DNA of 40,933 nt, from assembly GCA_046046315.1 (NCBI GenBank), contig JBJOKB010000050.1, positions 1-40,933 of the forward strand. The letters are read 5' to 3'. Shown here piece by piece: positions 31,382 through 40,598 of this stretch. The notes beneath the pieces were generated by a model. That model searched no databases. It was given only the letters and a program-made list of their open reading frames with translations, and had not been told where the DNA came from. Origin of the DNA: Actinomycetota bacterium (GTDB lineage Bacteria > Actinomycetota > Actinomycetes > S36-B12 > UBA5976). The translations under genes and the position numbers were made by a program. Position 1 is the stretch's first letter. Every line of letters begins with the position of its first letter.

Positions 31382-31681
31382 ATGGCTGATGTGACCCGCT
31401 TACCTGGCCCAAACGCAGATTTATGGGACTGGCAGCTTAAAGGGGCATGCCGTGGTGAAGATCCTGAGATCTTCTTTCACCCTGAGGGTGAACGCGGACC
31501 TGCTCGCGAAAACAGAATTGCTTTAGCAAAATCTATTTGTTCAACTTGCCCTGTTTTGCGTCAATGTGCTGAACACGCTTTGGCTGTTCGTGAACCATAC
31601 GGAGTATGGGGTGCGATGAGTGAAGATGATCGTGAAGCAATTTATGCACCAGTCAAGGAAGTTCTTCCAGTAGCTGGTTAA
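31382..31681 (+). CDS. whiD: WhiB-family Fe-S transcription factor, WhiD/WhiB3 type
   Basis: RLPGPNADLWDWQ, four Cys (CRG, CSTC, C), FFHPEGERG, EPYGVWG. Confidence 0.92.
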   Translation: MADVTRLPGPNADLWDWQLKGACRGEDPEIFFHPEGERGPARENRIALAKSICSTCPVLRQCAEHALAVREPYGVWGAMSEDDREAIYAPVKEVLPVAG

Positions 31682-31708
31682 TACTTTTTATCTGTAAACC
31701 TTCCAAAA

Positions 31709-31739
31709 AAATGCCCCCGCAAAATTCACGGGGGCATTT
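31709..31739. terminator. Intrinsic terminator between convergent whiD and cupin genes, probably bidirectional
   Basis: AAATGCCCCCG-9 nt loop-CGGGGGCATTT with an A-run before and T-rich sequence after. Confidence 0.85.
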
Positions 31740-31752
31740 GAATTTTTAAATT

Positions 31753-32223
31753 CTAATTTTTAGTTCTTATAAATTGCGCAACTTCAGCATTCTTTCTTAA
31801 ATTAATCAGATCATCAGCCGAAGGAAGAGTTGGTCTGTCACGTTCAACTTTTACCAGGCACAAAAAACCGAGGTAATCATTATCTGTTGATCTAAATTGA
31901 TGCCAAGCCCAAGATGGAACATATAAAAGATTATTTATATCTAATTTAATGATTTTATCTTCGACTAAACAAAAACCTTTGCCTCTAATTGGAATCACGA
32001 TGTGTATATGTTCGTGTTTTTCTAACGTTGTATGCCCTCCTGGTAACACTTCAAAATATCTGACTTCAAAGCCCTCAGGAGTGTTCTCTGCAAATAGCTT
32101 TTTTCGAGTTACATCTTTAAAAGAGGGGTTACCATCTTCATCCTTATAAACTAATTCTTCAATTCCCGACCATTTAAAAGGTTCAGTTTGAAAGACATTA
32201 ATTTGATTTTCGTTTTTTTCCAT
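31753..32223 (-). CDS. Cupin, homologue of 1-methylthio-xylulose-5-phosphate methylsulfurylase
   Basis: W-x-G...YK...FKDVTR, RYFEVLPGGHTTLEKHEHIH, WHQFR, LGFLC (Cys122), ERDRP match the R. rubrum-type enzyme as recalled; clustered with an RLP. Confidence 0.8.
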   Translation of the reverse strand: MEKNENQINVFQTEPFKWSGIEELVYKDEDGNPSFKDVTRKKLFAENTPEGFEVRYFEVLPGGHTTLEKHEHIHIVIPIRGKGFCLVEDKIIKLDINNLLYVPSWAWHQFRSTDNDYLGFLCLVKVERDRPTLPSADDLINLRKNAEVAQFIRTKN

Positions 32224-32234
32224 AAAATAATTAT

Positions 32235-32708
32235 TTACAAATTTCTCTTTGAATTAATGACTCCGGTATCAAATCCAGCAAGGTGAAGTCCGCCATTAAA
32301 TCTTGCGTGTTCTATTTTTAAACACTTATCTTGAACAACGTTTAATCCTGCCTCAGTGCCTCGTTCTGCTTCTGGTTGGTTGCTGATTCCTAATTGCATC
32401 CAAAAAGTCTTGGCTTTTATTTCAATTGCCTCATCTAAAACTTCTGGAATTGCGGAGGGTTTTCTAAAAACGTCAACAATATCAACTGCTACAGGAATAT
32501 CTTTTAAAGATTTATAGGTTTTTAAACCTAAAATACTTTCAACACTTGGATTTACTAGATATAAATCAAAATTACTGGACGCTAACAAATATGTGATAAC
32601 AAAAAAAGATGCCCTAGATGAATTGTCTGATGCTCCAACTACAGCAACTGTTTTTGAATTTCTTAAAATCTCAGAGATTTCTGATGCATCTGGTTCATGC
32701 CATTTCAT
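32235..32708 (-). CDS. CoA-binding protein (YccU-like)
   Basis: VAVVGAS, VNP, VDIVDVFRK, WMQLGI, QDKCLKIEH; ATGA overlap with the metY stop. Confidence 0.9.
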   Translation of the reverse strand: MKWHEPDASEISEILRNSKTVAVVGASDNSSRASFFVITYLLASSNFDLYLVNPSVESILGLKTYKSLKDIPVAVDIVDVFRKPSAIPEVLDEAIEIKAKTFWMQLGISNQPEAERGTEAGLNVVQDKCLKIEHARFNGGLHLAGFDTGVINSKRNL

Positions 32709-34003
32709 TTAGCTTTTTCTCCAGTTGCGGCCTCAAGTGCTTGATCTATGTCCCAAATAATATCTTCAATATCTTCAATACCTACGCTAATTCTGATCAA
32801 ATCTGACTTTACTCCAGCAGACTTCAGTTGCTCATCAGTTAATTGGCGATGCGTAGTTGAAGCAGGGTGAATTACCAGAGTTCTCACATCTCCCACATTG
32901 GCTAAGTGAGAAGCTAGTTTAAGAGAATTTATGAATTTTTCTCCAACTTCTCTTTCTCCTTTTACCCCAAAACTAAATACAGATCCTGTTCCTAATGGTA
33001 GATATTTTTTTGCACGTTCAAAGTGAGGATGTTTTTTTGATCCAGCAAAATTAACCCAAGAAATGCGAGGATCATTTTCTAGAAAGTTTGCTACGGCAAT
33101 TGCGTTTTCAACGTGATCTTTCATTCGCTGTGACAAAGTTTCTATTCCTTGAATCAATAAGAAAGCTGCTATTGGAGTTAGAGAAGATCCGATATCTCGT
33201 AATTGTTCACTTCTAATTTTGGTTAAGAAACCGTATTCTCCAAAATTTCCCCACCAAGAAACTCCACCGTAGTAAGCAACTGGTTCAAGCATGGATGGAA
33301 ATTTTCCATTTCCCCAATTAAATTTTCCGGACTCAACAATAATTCCGCCTAAAGTTGAACCGTGTCCACCCATAAATTTTGTCAAACTGTGGACCACTAT
33401 GTCGGCGCCATGTTCAATTGGTCTAATTAAATAAGGAGTAGTAATAGTTGAGTCTATTATTAAAGGAATCCCATGATCGTGGGCAACTTTTGCTAAACCG
33501 GCAATATCGGCAACTTCATTAGATGGATTTGACACAACTTCTGCAAAAATAAATTTAGTTTTTTCTGTAAGAGCTTTTTTGTAATCCTCTGGATCTGAAC
33601 TTGAAACAAAAGTTGTCGAGACCCCAAACTTCTTCATGGTTACATCTAGTTGGGTAATTGTGCCACCATAAAGATTTGCAGAAGCTACAACATGATCACC
33701 ATTACCAACTAGTGATGCAAATACTAAAAATTGAGCTGATAAACCAGAAGCGGTTGCTACTGCACCAATGCCGCCTTCAAGTGCAGCGACTTTTTCTTCT
33801 AATGCTGCAACTGTTGGATTTGAAATCCTGCTATATATGTTTCCATATTTTCTCAGGGCAAAAAGATCGCCTGCATCTTCTGTATTTTCAAAAACAAATG
33901 CTGTTGATTGATATATGGGTACTGTTCTTGATCCTGTTTCTTTGTCCGGGGCAGTTCCCGAATGCAAGGATTTAGTTTTGAATCCAAATTCATGATCTGA
34001 CAT
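32705..34003 (-). CDS. metY: O-acetylhomoserine aminocarboxypropyltransferase (sulfhydrylase)
   Basis: PIYQST, IYSRISNPT, LYGGT, HSLTKFMGGHG (PLP Lys), HLANVGDVRTLVIHPASTTH. Confidence 0.93.
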   Translation of the reverse strand: MSDHEFGFKTKSLHSGTAPDKETGSRTVPIYQSTAFVFENTEDAGDLFALRKYGNIYSRISNPTVAALEEKVAALEGGIGAVATASGLSAQFLVFASLVGNGDHVVASANLYGGTITQLDVTMKKFGVSTTFVSSSDPEDYKKALTEKTKFIFAEVVSNPSNEVADIAGLAKVAHDHGIPLIIDSTITTPYLIRPIEHGADIVVHSLTKFMGGHGSTLGGIIVESGKFNWGNGKFPSMLEPVAYYGGVSWWGNFGEYGFLTKIRSEQLRDIGSSLTPIAAFLLIQGIETLSQRMKDHVENAIAVANFLENDPRISWVNFAGSKKHPHFERAKKYLPLGTGSVFSFGVKGEREVGEKFINSLKLASHLANVGDVRTLVIHPASTTHRQLTDEQLKSAGVKSDLIRISVGIEDIEDIIWDIDQALEAATGEKAK

Positions 34004-34009
34004 AAATCA

Positions 34010-34096
34010 ACGCTACCACATTTAAAATCTGCGAACTTTTTGCAATAAATCTGACGAAGCGACTCATTTATGGCCTGCTTCAAACAATGGTAGCAT
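34010..34096. promoter_or_regulatory. Divergent extended -10 promoters for metY and the RLP gene
   Basis: Minus strand TGG-TAGCGT (34015-34010) 6 nt before the metY ATG; plus strand TGG-TAGCAT (34091-34096) 10 nt before the RLP ATG. Confidence 0.55.
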
Positions 34097-34106
34097 TTTC
34101 ATATCT

Positions 34107-35207
34107 ATGTCAAAATTTCAAATTACGTATTTAGTCGATTCGAATTCCGCTGATGATTTATTTCATTCAATAAAAGTTGAGCAAACTACAGAATTTCCTT
34201 TTGAGCTTTCCCCTGAATGGATTCAGAATGAAATTGTTGGACAACTAATTTCTAAAAATGAAAAGCAAAATAAAACTGAAATAATAATTCAATATGATTT
34301 AGCTATAACTGGAAAAGAATTACCACAATTACTAAATATAATTTGGGGAAATATTTCAATGTACCCAAATGTAAAAATTATTAATCTAAGTTTTAGTAAT
34401 GAATTATTGCAATTTCTTAAAGGTCCTAGATTTGGTATTTCAGGTTTACGAAAAAAACTTAATGTTTCATCAAGACCAATACTTGCTACCGCTTTAAAAC
34501 CAATGGGTCTTAGTTCCACCGAGTTTGCTCAAATGGCCAAAACACTTGTTGAAGCTGGATTTGATTTAATAAAAGATGATCAAAGTCTTGCAAACCAGAC
34601 CTGGGCGCAATGGCTTGAAAGAGTAAAAATTATTTCACAAACCGTAAATGAAGCGAATTCTAAATTTGGAAAAAATACAATTTATGCTCCAAGTTTAAAT
34701 AGACCTGCAGATGAGATTGCTGATTGCGCATTTGAAGCGAAAAGTTTTGGAGCTGGTGCATTTTTAGTGATGCCAGGAGTTTTTGGTTTTGACACAATGC
34801 GCATGCTTGCTGACAATGATGAACTGGCACTTCCCATTATGAGTCATCCATCAATGCTTGGGTCATTTTTTATGGATCAAAATCAAGGTCTGACTCATGA
34901 GTTAGTCCTAGGAACACTTAATCGAATAAGTGGTGCAGATATTTGTATATTCCCTAATTTTGGTGGACGGTTTAGTTTTACTCCAGAAGAGTGTTTAAGT
35001 ATTTCTAATTCTTGTCGAAATGATATGTCTCATATAAATAAAATTTGGCCAAGTCCAGGTGGTGGTATGACGATTGAAAGAATTCCAGAGATTATTAATT
35101 TCTACGGTAATGACACGATCTTATTAATTGGTGGAGCACTTCATCGTAATAACTTATTTAACAATGCAAAAGAATTATTTGAGTTAGTTAATAAATTAGA
35201 ATCCTAA
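34107..35207 (+). CDS. RuBisCO-like protein (form IV, R. rubrum/deep-YkrW type), putative methylthioribulose-1-P 1,3-isomerase
   Basis: VEQTTEFP, QLLNIIWGNIS, GPRFGISGLR, TALKPMGLS, DLIKDDQ, MSHPS, FPNFGGRFSF, PSPGGGM, LLIGGAL. Confidence 0.88.
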   Translation: MSKFQITYLVDSNSADDLFHSIKVEQTTEFPFELSPEWIQNEIVGQLISKNEKQNKTEIIIQYDLAITGKELPQLLNIIWGNISMYPNVKIINLSFSNELLQFLKGPRFGISGLRKKLNVSSRPILATALKPMGLSSTEFAQMAKTLVEAGFDLIKDDQSLANQTWAQWLERVKIISQTVNEANSKFGKNTIYAPSLNRPADEIADCAFEAKSFGAGAFLVMPGVFGFDTMRMLADNDELALPIMSHPSMLGSFFMDQNQGLTHELVLGTLNRISGADICIFPNFGGRFSFTPEECLSISNSCRNDMSHINKIWPSPGGGMTIERIPEIINFYGNDTILLIGGALHRNNLFNNAKELFELVNKLES

Positions 35208-35218
35208 AAAGTTTAGAA

Positions 35219-37210
35219 TTATCTAGGAAAAGCTGCTGCTACTCCGCCATCTACTGCTATTACAGATCCAGTTGTTCTAGATGATTCATCTGATAACAAA
35301 TAACTAGTAGTTAAAGCAACATCTTTAGATGTCACATGAACTTTCAACATGTTTCTCGAAGCATAAAAATCTTCTAATTCTTCTGGTTTGACTCCATGGG
35401 CCGCGGCTCTTTGCTCACGAATTCCGCCTTCCCAAAGCTTTGAATTATCAAATATGGCATCTGGGTTGATGGCGTTTGCTCTTATTTGTGCAGATCCGCC
35501 TTCGATTGCAGCAATTCTCATTAGTTGCAACATTCCAGCTTTGCTTACAGAGTAGCCACCAAATCCTGCACCGGGTGAAAAAGCATTTTTACTAGCAATA
35601 TAAACAAGGGATCCGCCAATTCCTTGTTTTCTTAAATTAATCATTGCGTGCTTTGTGATTAAGAATGAACTGGAAAGATTAACTGCCAATCCCTGATTCC
35701 ATTTATCAAGAGTTAATTCTTCTAATGAATCGGAAACACCAATTCCTGCACTCATAACAACACCATCAAATCCACCAAAATTCTTAATTGCAGAGTTTAT
35801 TGTTTCGACAACCACTGATTCTTTTGTTTGATCTCCCACAACAAATTCTGGCTTAAGTCCTTTATTTGCTGAAATCAATTTTTCAGTTTCTTTAAGTCCT
35901 TCTTCACCAAGATCGGCTAAAACTAAACTTGCCCCTTGAGATGCAAGTTCAAGAGCTATTCCCCTACCAATTCCAGAACCTGCTCCTGTGACAACAAAAA
36001 CATGACCTGCAAATTTTTGTGGTTTAGGTTTTGAACTTAATTTGTAAAGTTCCATTGGCCAATAATCAAATCCAAAAACCTCAGAATCTCCAATAGTGTC
36101 TGCTGCCCCAAATGCATCTATAACTCTTCCTGCAACGGAATGTGTATGAAATGCAATATCGGCAAGCATCTTGCCTTCATTTTTACTAGAGCCAGTTGTA
36201 ATAGAACCAATGCCTGGGAGTAAAACAACACGTGGATCTGGATCGTGCATTGAATATCCTGCAGGAAGTAATGATTTGTTTTCTTCAAAATATTTTTTAT
36301 ATCTTTCAACATATTTATCAATCACTGAAATAGAATTTGCCGGATCTGCTTTTTCAGGTAGAACAGCAGACCAAGGCCTAATTCTTAACATGTGATCAGC
36401 ACTGGATGAACCTGCCTCAGCAATTGCAGGTAAATCTTTTCGTTTAGAGATTTCTTGAAGACGATTATCAACTGTCAAAACTCTTCTTGTTTTTTTGCTT
36501 AATTTTCCTCTTAAAGCTAAAAGCAAATCATTAAGCTCCTGATCACTTGGACCTACATGGTCAAATTTTGCTGCTGGTTTAACAGCCAAAGAATCTAAAT
36601 ATTTATTGGCTTTATTAACTGCATTCATTGTTTTGTCTTTACATACATCACTATTTTCATCCCAGACAATTAATCCGTGATGCGCCAAAACAATTCCTTC
36701 CATATCTGCAAATTGGGAAGAGAATTTACTTAATTCAAAACCTGGTCTAATCCAATCCACGTAAGCAAATCCATCACCTAAAGCTTCTTGGACTGCTTTC
36801 TTGCCACCTTTGTGATTTGTTAAAGCACATATTGAATCTGCATGAACATGATCTATGTGCTTAGAAGGTAAAAATGCATGCAGCAAGGTTTCTATAGATG
36901 GTCTTCTACTATTTGGATCAACTAACGCTTTTCCAACTAAATCAGTCATTTCTTCATCTGAAAGTTTTTCAAATTGTTTTAAACTTAATAGTTCTTCTAA
37001 ATACAATGCCGGATAATCAACAGCAACAGCATTTGTCATATCCGCGCCTGATCCCTTAACCCATAAAACCGTGCGCTTTCTTCCTAGATGATCTGTAATT
37101 TCACCTTTAGCAGAAGTATTACCTCCTCCAAAAACAACTAAAGATTGGTCTGCTCCAATAAATTGAGAACGCGAAACTAATTCTTCTAGTGCTTTTGGGA
37201 TGGTGGTCAA
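35219..37210 (-). CDS. Bifunctional class II aldolase / short-chain dehydrogenase (RhaEW/YuxG-like fusion)
   Basis: GGGNTSAK, VKGSG, PSIETLLHAFLP, DHVHAD, HHGL (aldolase); VTGAGSGIG, YSVSK, NAINPD (SDR); TTG at 37210 after AAGGA, 1 nt past the mtnA stop, preferred over 37261. Confidence 0.88.
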   Translation of the reverse strand: MTTIPKALEELVSRSQFIGADQSLVVFGGGNTSAKGEITDHLGRKRTVLWVKGSGADMTNAVAVDYPALYLEELLSLKQFEKLSDEEMTDLVGKALVDPNSRRPSIETLLHAFLPSKHIDHVHADSICALTNHKGGKKAVQEALGDGFAYVDWIRPGFELSKFSSQFADMEGIVLAHHGLIVWDENSDVCKDKTMNAVNKANKYLDSLAVKPAAKFDHVGPSDQELNDLLLALRGKLSKKTRRVLTVDNRLQEISKRKDLPAIAEAGSSSADHMLRIRPWSAVLPEKADPANSISVIDKYVERYKKYFEENKSLLPAGYSMHDPDPRVVLLPGIGSITTGSSKNEGKMLADIAFHTHSVAGRVIDAFGAADTIGDSEVFGFDYWPMELYKLSSKPKPQKFAGHVFVVTGAGSGIGRGIALELASQGASLVLADLGEEGLKETEKLISANKGLKPEFVVGDQTKESVVVETINSAIKNFGGFDGVVMSAGIGVSDSLEELTLDKWNQGLAVNLSSSFLITKHAMINLRKQGIGGSLVYIASKNAFSPGAGFGGYSVSKAGMLQLMRIAAIEGGSAQIRANAINPDAIFDNSKLWEGGIREQRAAAHGVKPEELEDFYASRNMLKVHVTSKDVALTTSYLLSDESSRTTGSVIAVDGGVAAAFPR

Positions 37211-37211
37211 T

Positions 37212-38234
37212 TTAGTTTCCTTGTTTTCTATTAGCTGGAGTTTCACCTTTTGAAACTTCAATTACGCCTAACTCTGTAACTATTGCTGAAATATATTTTG
37301 CCGGAGTCACATCAAAGGCTGGGTTGTAACCCCTGGACTCTAGAGGTGCAACTCTTACTCCATTAAAATTTAAGATTTCAGAATCATCACGCAATTCAAT
37401 TTCAATTTCATTTCCTGTTTTTGTCGATAAATCCACAGTGGATTCAGGTGCTACAACCATAAACGGAATATTTGCAGCATGACAAGCTAATGCAACTCCC
37501 AAAGAACCGATTTTGTTTGCAGTATCTCCATTTGCAGCAATTCGATCTGCACCAATTAACGCAACATCTACTTCACCTCTAAGAATGGTGCTGGCTGCTG
37601 CACCATCTGCTAAAACTAAATGTGGAATTTTATTTTGTACTAATTCCCAAGCAGTTAATCTTGCGCCTTGCAAAAGCGGTCTTGTTTCATCTGCAAAAAC
37701 ATTTTCAACTAAACCCCGTTCGTGTAATTCTCTTATAACACCAAATGCTGTTCCCCAAGCAGTTGTCGCAAGCATTCCAGTATTGCAATGGGTAAGAATT
37801 CTTAAAGGTCTTCTCGTTATTTTATTTAAAATCCAATCAGCGCCAAGTTGGCCAGTTTTCTTATTTCCTTTTTCATCTTCTGCGGCAATTTGTTTTGCTA
37901 AAGCTAAAACTGCATCGCGACCATTTTCTAATTGTGTGAGTGCTTTATCTACACCCCAGGCAAGATTTACTGCTGTTGGTCTTGCATCTCTGATTTTGAG
38001 AATTTGTTTTTCTAATTCATCTTTTGACCAGTTTTCTTTTTTCCCCTGATCGATTGCAGTAACAACTCCATATGCACCGGTTGCTCCTAAAGCAGGGGCT
38101 CCCCTAACTGCTAAACAAACAATCGCATCAACTAACTGATCAACTTTTGTGATTTCCAAAAATGAAACTTCATGAGGAATCTTCGTTTGATCTAGCAGAC
38201 GAAGGTGGTCTTCCACCCAAACAACAGCGCGCAA
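37212..38234 (-). CDS. mtnA: Methylthioribose-1-phosphate isomerase
   Basis: LLDQTKIP, VRGAPALG, ARPTAVNL, LTHCNTG, ETRPLLQGARLTAWEL, GADRIAANGDTANKIG, NPAFDVTP. Confidence 0.95.
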   Translation of the reverse strand: MRAVVWVEDHLRLLDQTKIPHEVSFLEITKVDQLVDAIVCLAVRGAPALGATGAYGVVTAIDQGKKENWSKDELEKQILKIRDARPTAVNLAWGVDKALTQLENGRDAVLALAKQIAAEDEKGNKKTGQLGADWILNKITRRPLRILTHCNTGMLATTAWGTAFGVIRELHERGLVENVFADETRPLLQGARLTAWELVQNKIPHLVLADGAAASTILRGEVDVALIGADRIAANGDTANKIGSLGVALACHAANIPFMVVAPESTVDLSTKTGNEIEIELRDDSEILNFNGVRVAPLESRGYNPAFDVTPAKYISAIVTELGVIEVSKGETPANRKQGN

Positions 38235-38321
38235 TTTTCATCCTTTGTGTCGTATATAACAGAATAGTGTGCTTCAATAAAATCAATTTCAAGTGTTGAA
38301 TGTGGGTAAAGGAGTTTTTGC

Positions 38322-38843
38322 ATGAAGCAAATAATACGAGTTTTATTAGGTATCTCAGTCTTATGTATTTTTTCCTTAGCTCCAGCTCAGGCTCACACAG
38401 AACTAGTCTCTGTTGAACCAGCAACTGATCAGGTCATGCTAACGCTGCCATCAGAAATTAAATTAACTTTTGGAGAATCAGTTATAGCTGAAGGAACTTT
38501 TGCTTCAGTTACCACATCTTCAGGATCTGTTGAAACAACTGTAAGAGTTGAAGCTGCAGAAGTTTATGTTTCAATTCCAACAGATGTTGTAGGTCCAGAT
38601 ATAACAATTTCTTGGAAAACAGTTGCTGCTGATGGTCATCCTTTGGACGGAGAAGTTGTTTACAAACTTGCAGAAGCTCGAGATGTGGCAACACCAGAAG
38701 TGACAACCATGGAAGAAGAACCTGTAGTAATAAGTGCACCAGTTGAAGAAAATTCTTCTAACATTAGTTGGCTACAATGGCTTTCCCTTGGTGCATCAAT
38801 TGGAATTGCTATTACTTTCTTTTTGAAAATGCGCAAAAAATAA
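38322..38843 (+). CDS. CopC-family copper-binding protein with C-terminal membrane anchor
   Basis: Signal peptide ending AQA, then His as mature residue 1 (HTELVS); LTFGE; ADGHP; C-terminal TM helix plus RKK. Confidence 0.85.
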   Translation: MKQIIRVLLGISVLCIFSLAPAQAHTELVSVEPATDQVMLTLPSEIKLTFGESVIAEGTFASVTTSSGSVETTVRVEAAEVYVSIPTDVVGPDITISWKTVAADGHPLDGEVVYKLAEARDVATPEVTTMEEEPVVISAPVEENSSNISWLQWLSLGASIGIAITFFLKMRKK

Positions 38844-38877
38844 GAGACGTTCAAATTTATTGAACGTCTCTTATTTT
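38837..38877. terminator. Bidirectional intrinsic terminator between copC and groEL1
   Basis: Perfect 18-bp inverted repeat AAAATAAGAGACGTTCAA-ATTTA-TTGAACGTCTCTTATTTT. Confidence 0.9.
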
Positions 38878-38888
38878 ATTTTTAATAT

Positions 38889-40523
<1,635 letters not shown>

Positions 40524-40555
40524 TTATTTCCTATTCAGCTATTTAACTTTTATTT

Positions 40556-40582
40556 GCTCCGGAAAAATTCTTTTTCCGGAGC
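40556..40582. other. Intercistronic hairpin between groES and groEL1
   Basis: GCTCCGGAAAAA-TTC-TTTTTCCGGAGC, 12-bp perfect stem; T-tract follows only on the + strand. Confidence 0.75.
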
Positions 40583-40598
40583 TTTTTATTAAGGTTTC

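Noticed and set aside
31312-31737. GGGGGCAT direct repeat flanking whiD as an insertion scar or antiterminator
   Set aside because: Only 8 bp; the first copy is upstream of the predicted promoter and the second is one arm of the terminator; whiD is at its native locus
34004-34106. SAM riboswitch upstream of metY
   Set aside because: No recognisable SAM-I, -IV or -V core; the GCTACCA/TGGTAGC inverted repeat is explained by two outward-facing -10 boxes
34107-35207. CO2-fixing RuBisCO or Calvin cycle
   Set aside because: 366 aa, KDDQ motif, form IV signatures, and no prk/cbbS nearby; the context indicates sulfur salvage
35219-37210. Rhamnose catabolism operon
   Set aside because: No isomerase, kinase, mutarotase or sugar transporter in the window and the gene is coupled to mtnA; not fully excluded without the rest of the genome
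37212-38234. Ribose-1,5-bisphosphate isomerase (AMP pathway) or eIF2B
   Set aside because: LTHCNTGxLAT and ETRPLLQGARLTAWEL are MtnA-type motifs, and the neighbouring RuBisCO homologue is form IV, not form III
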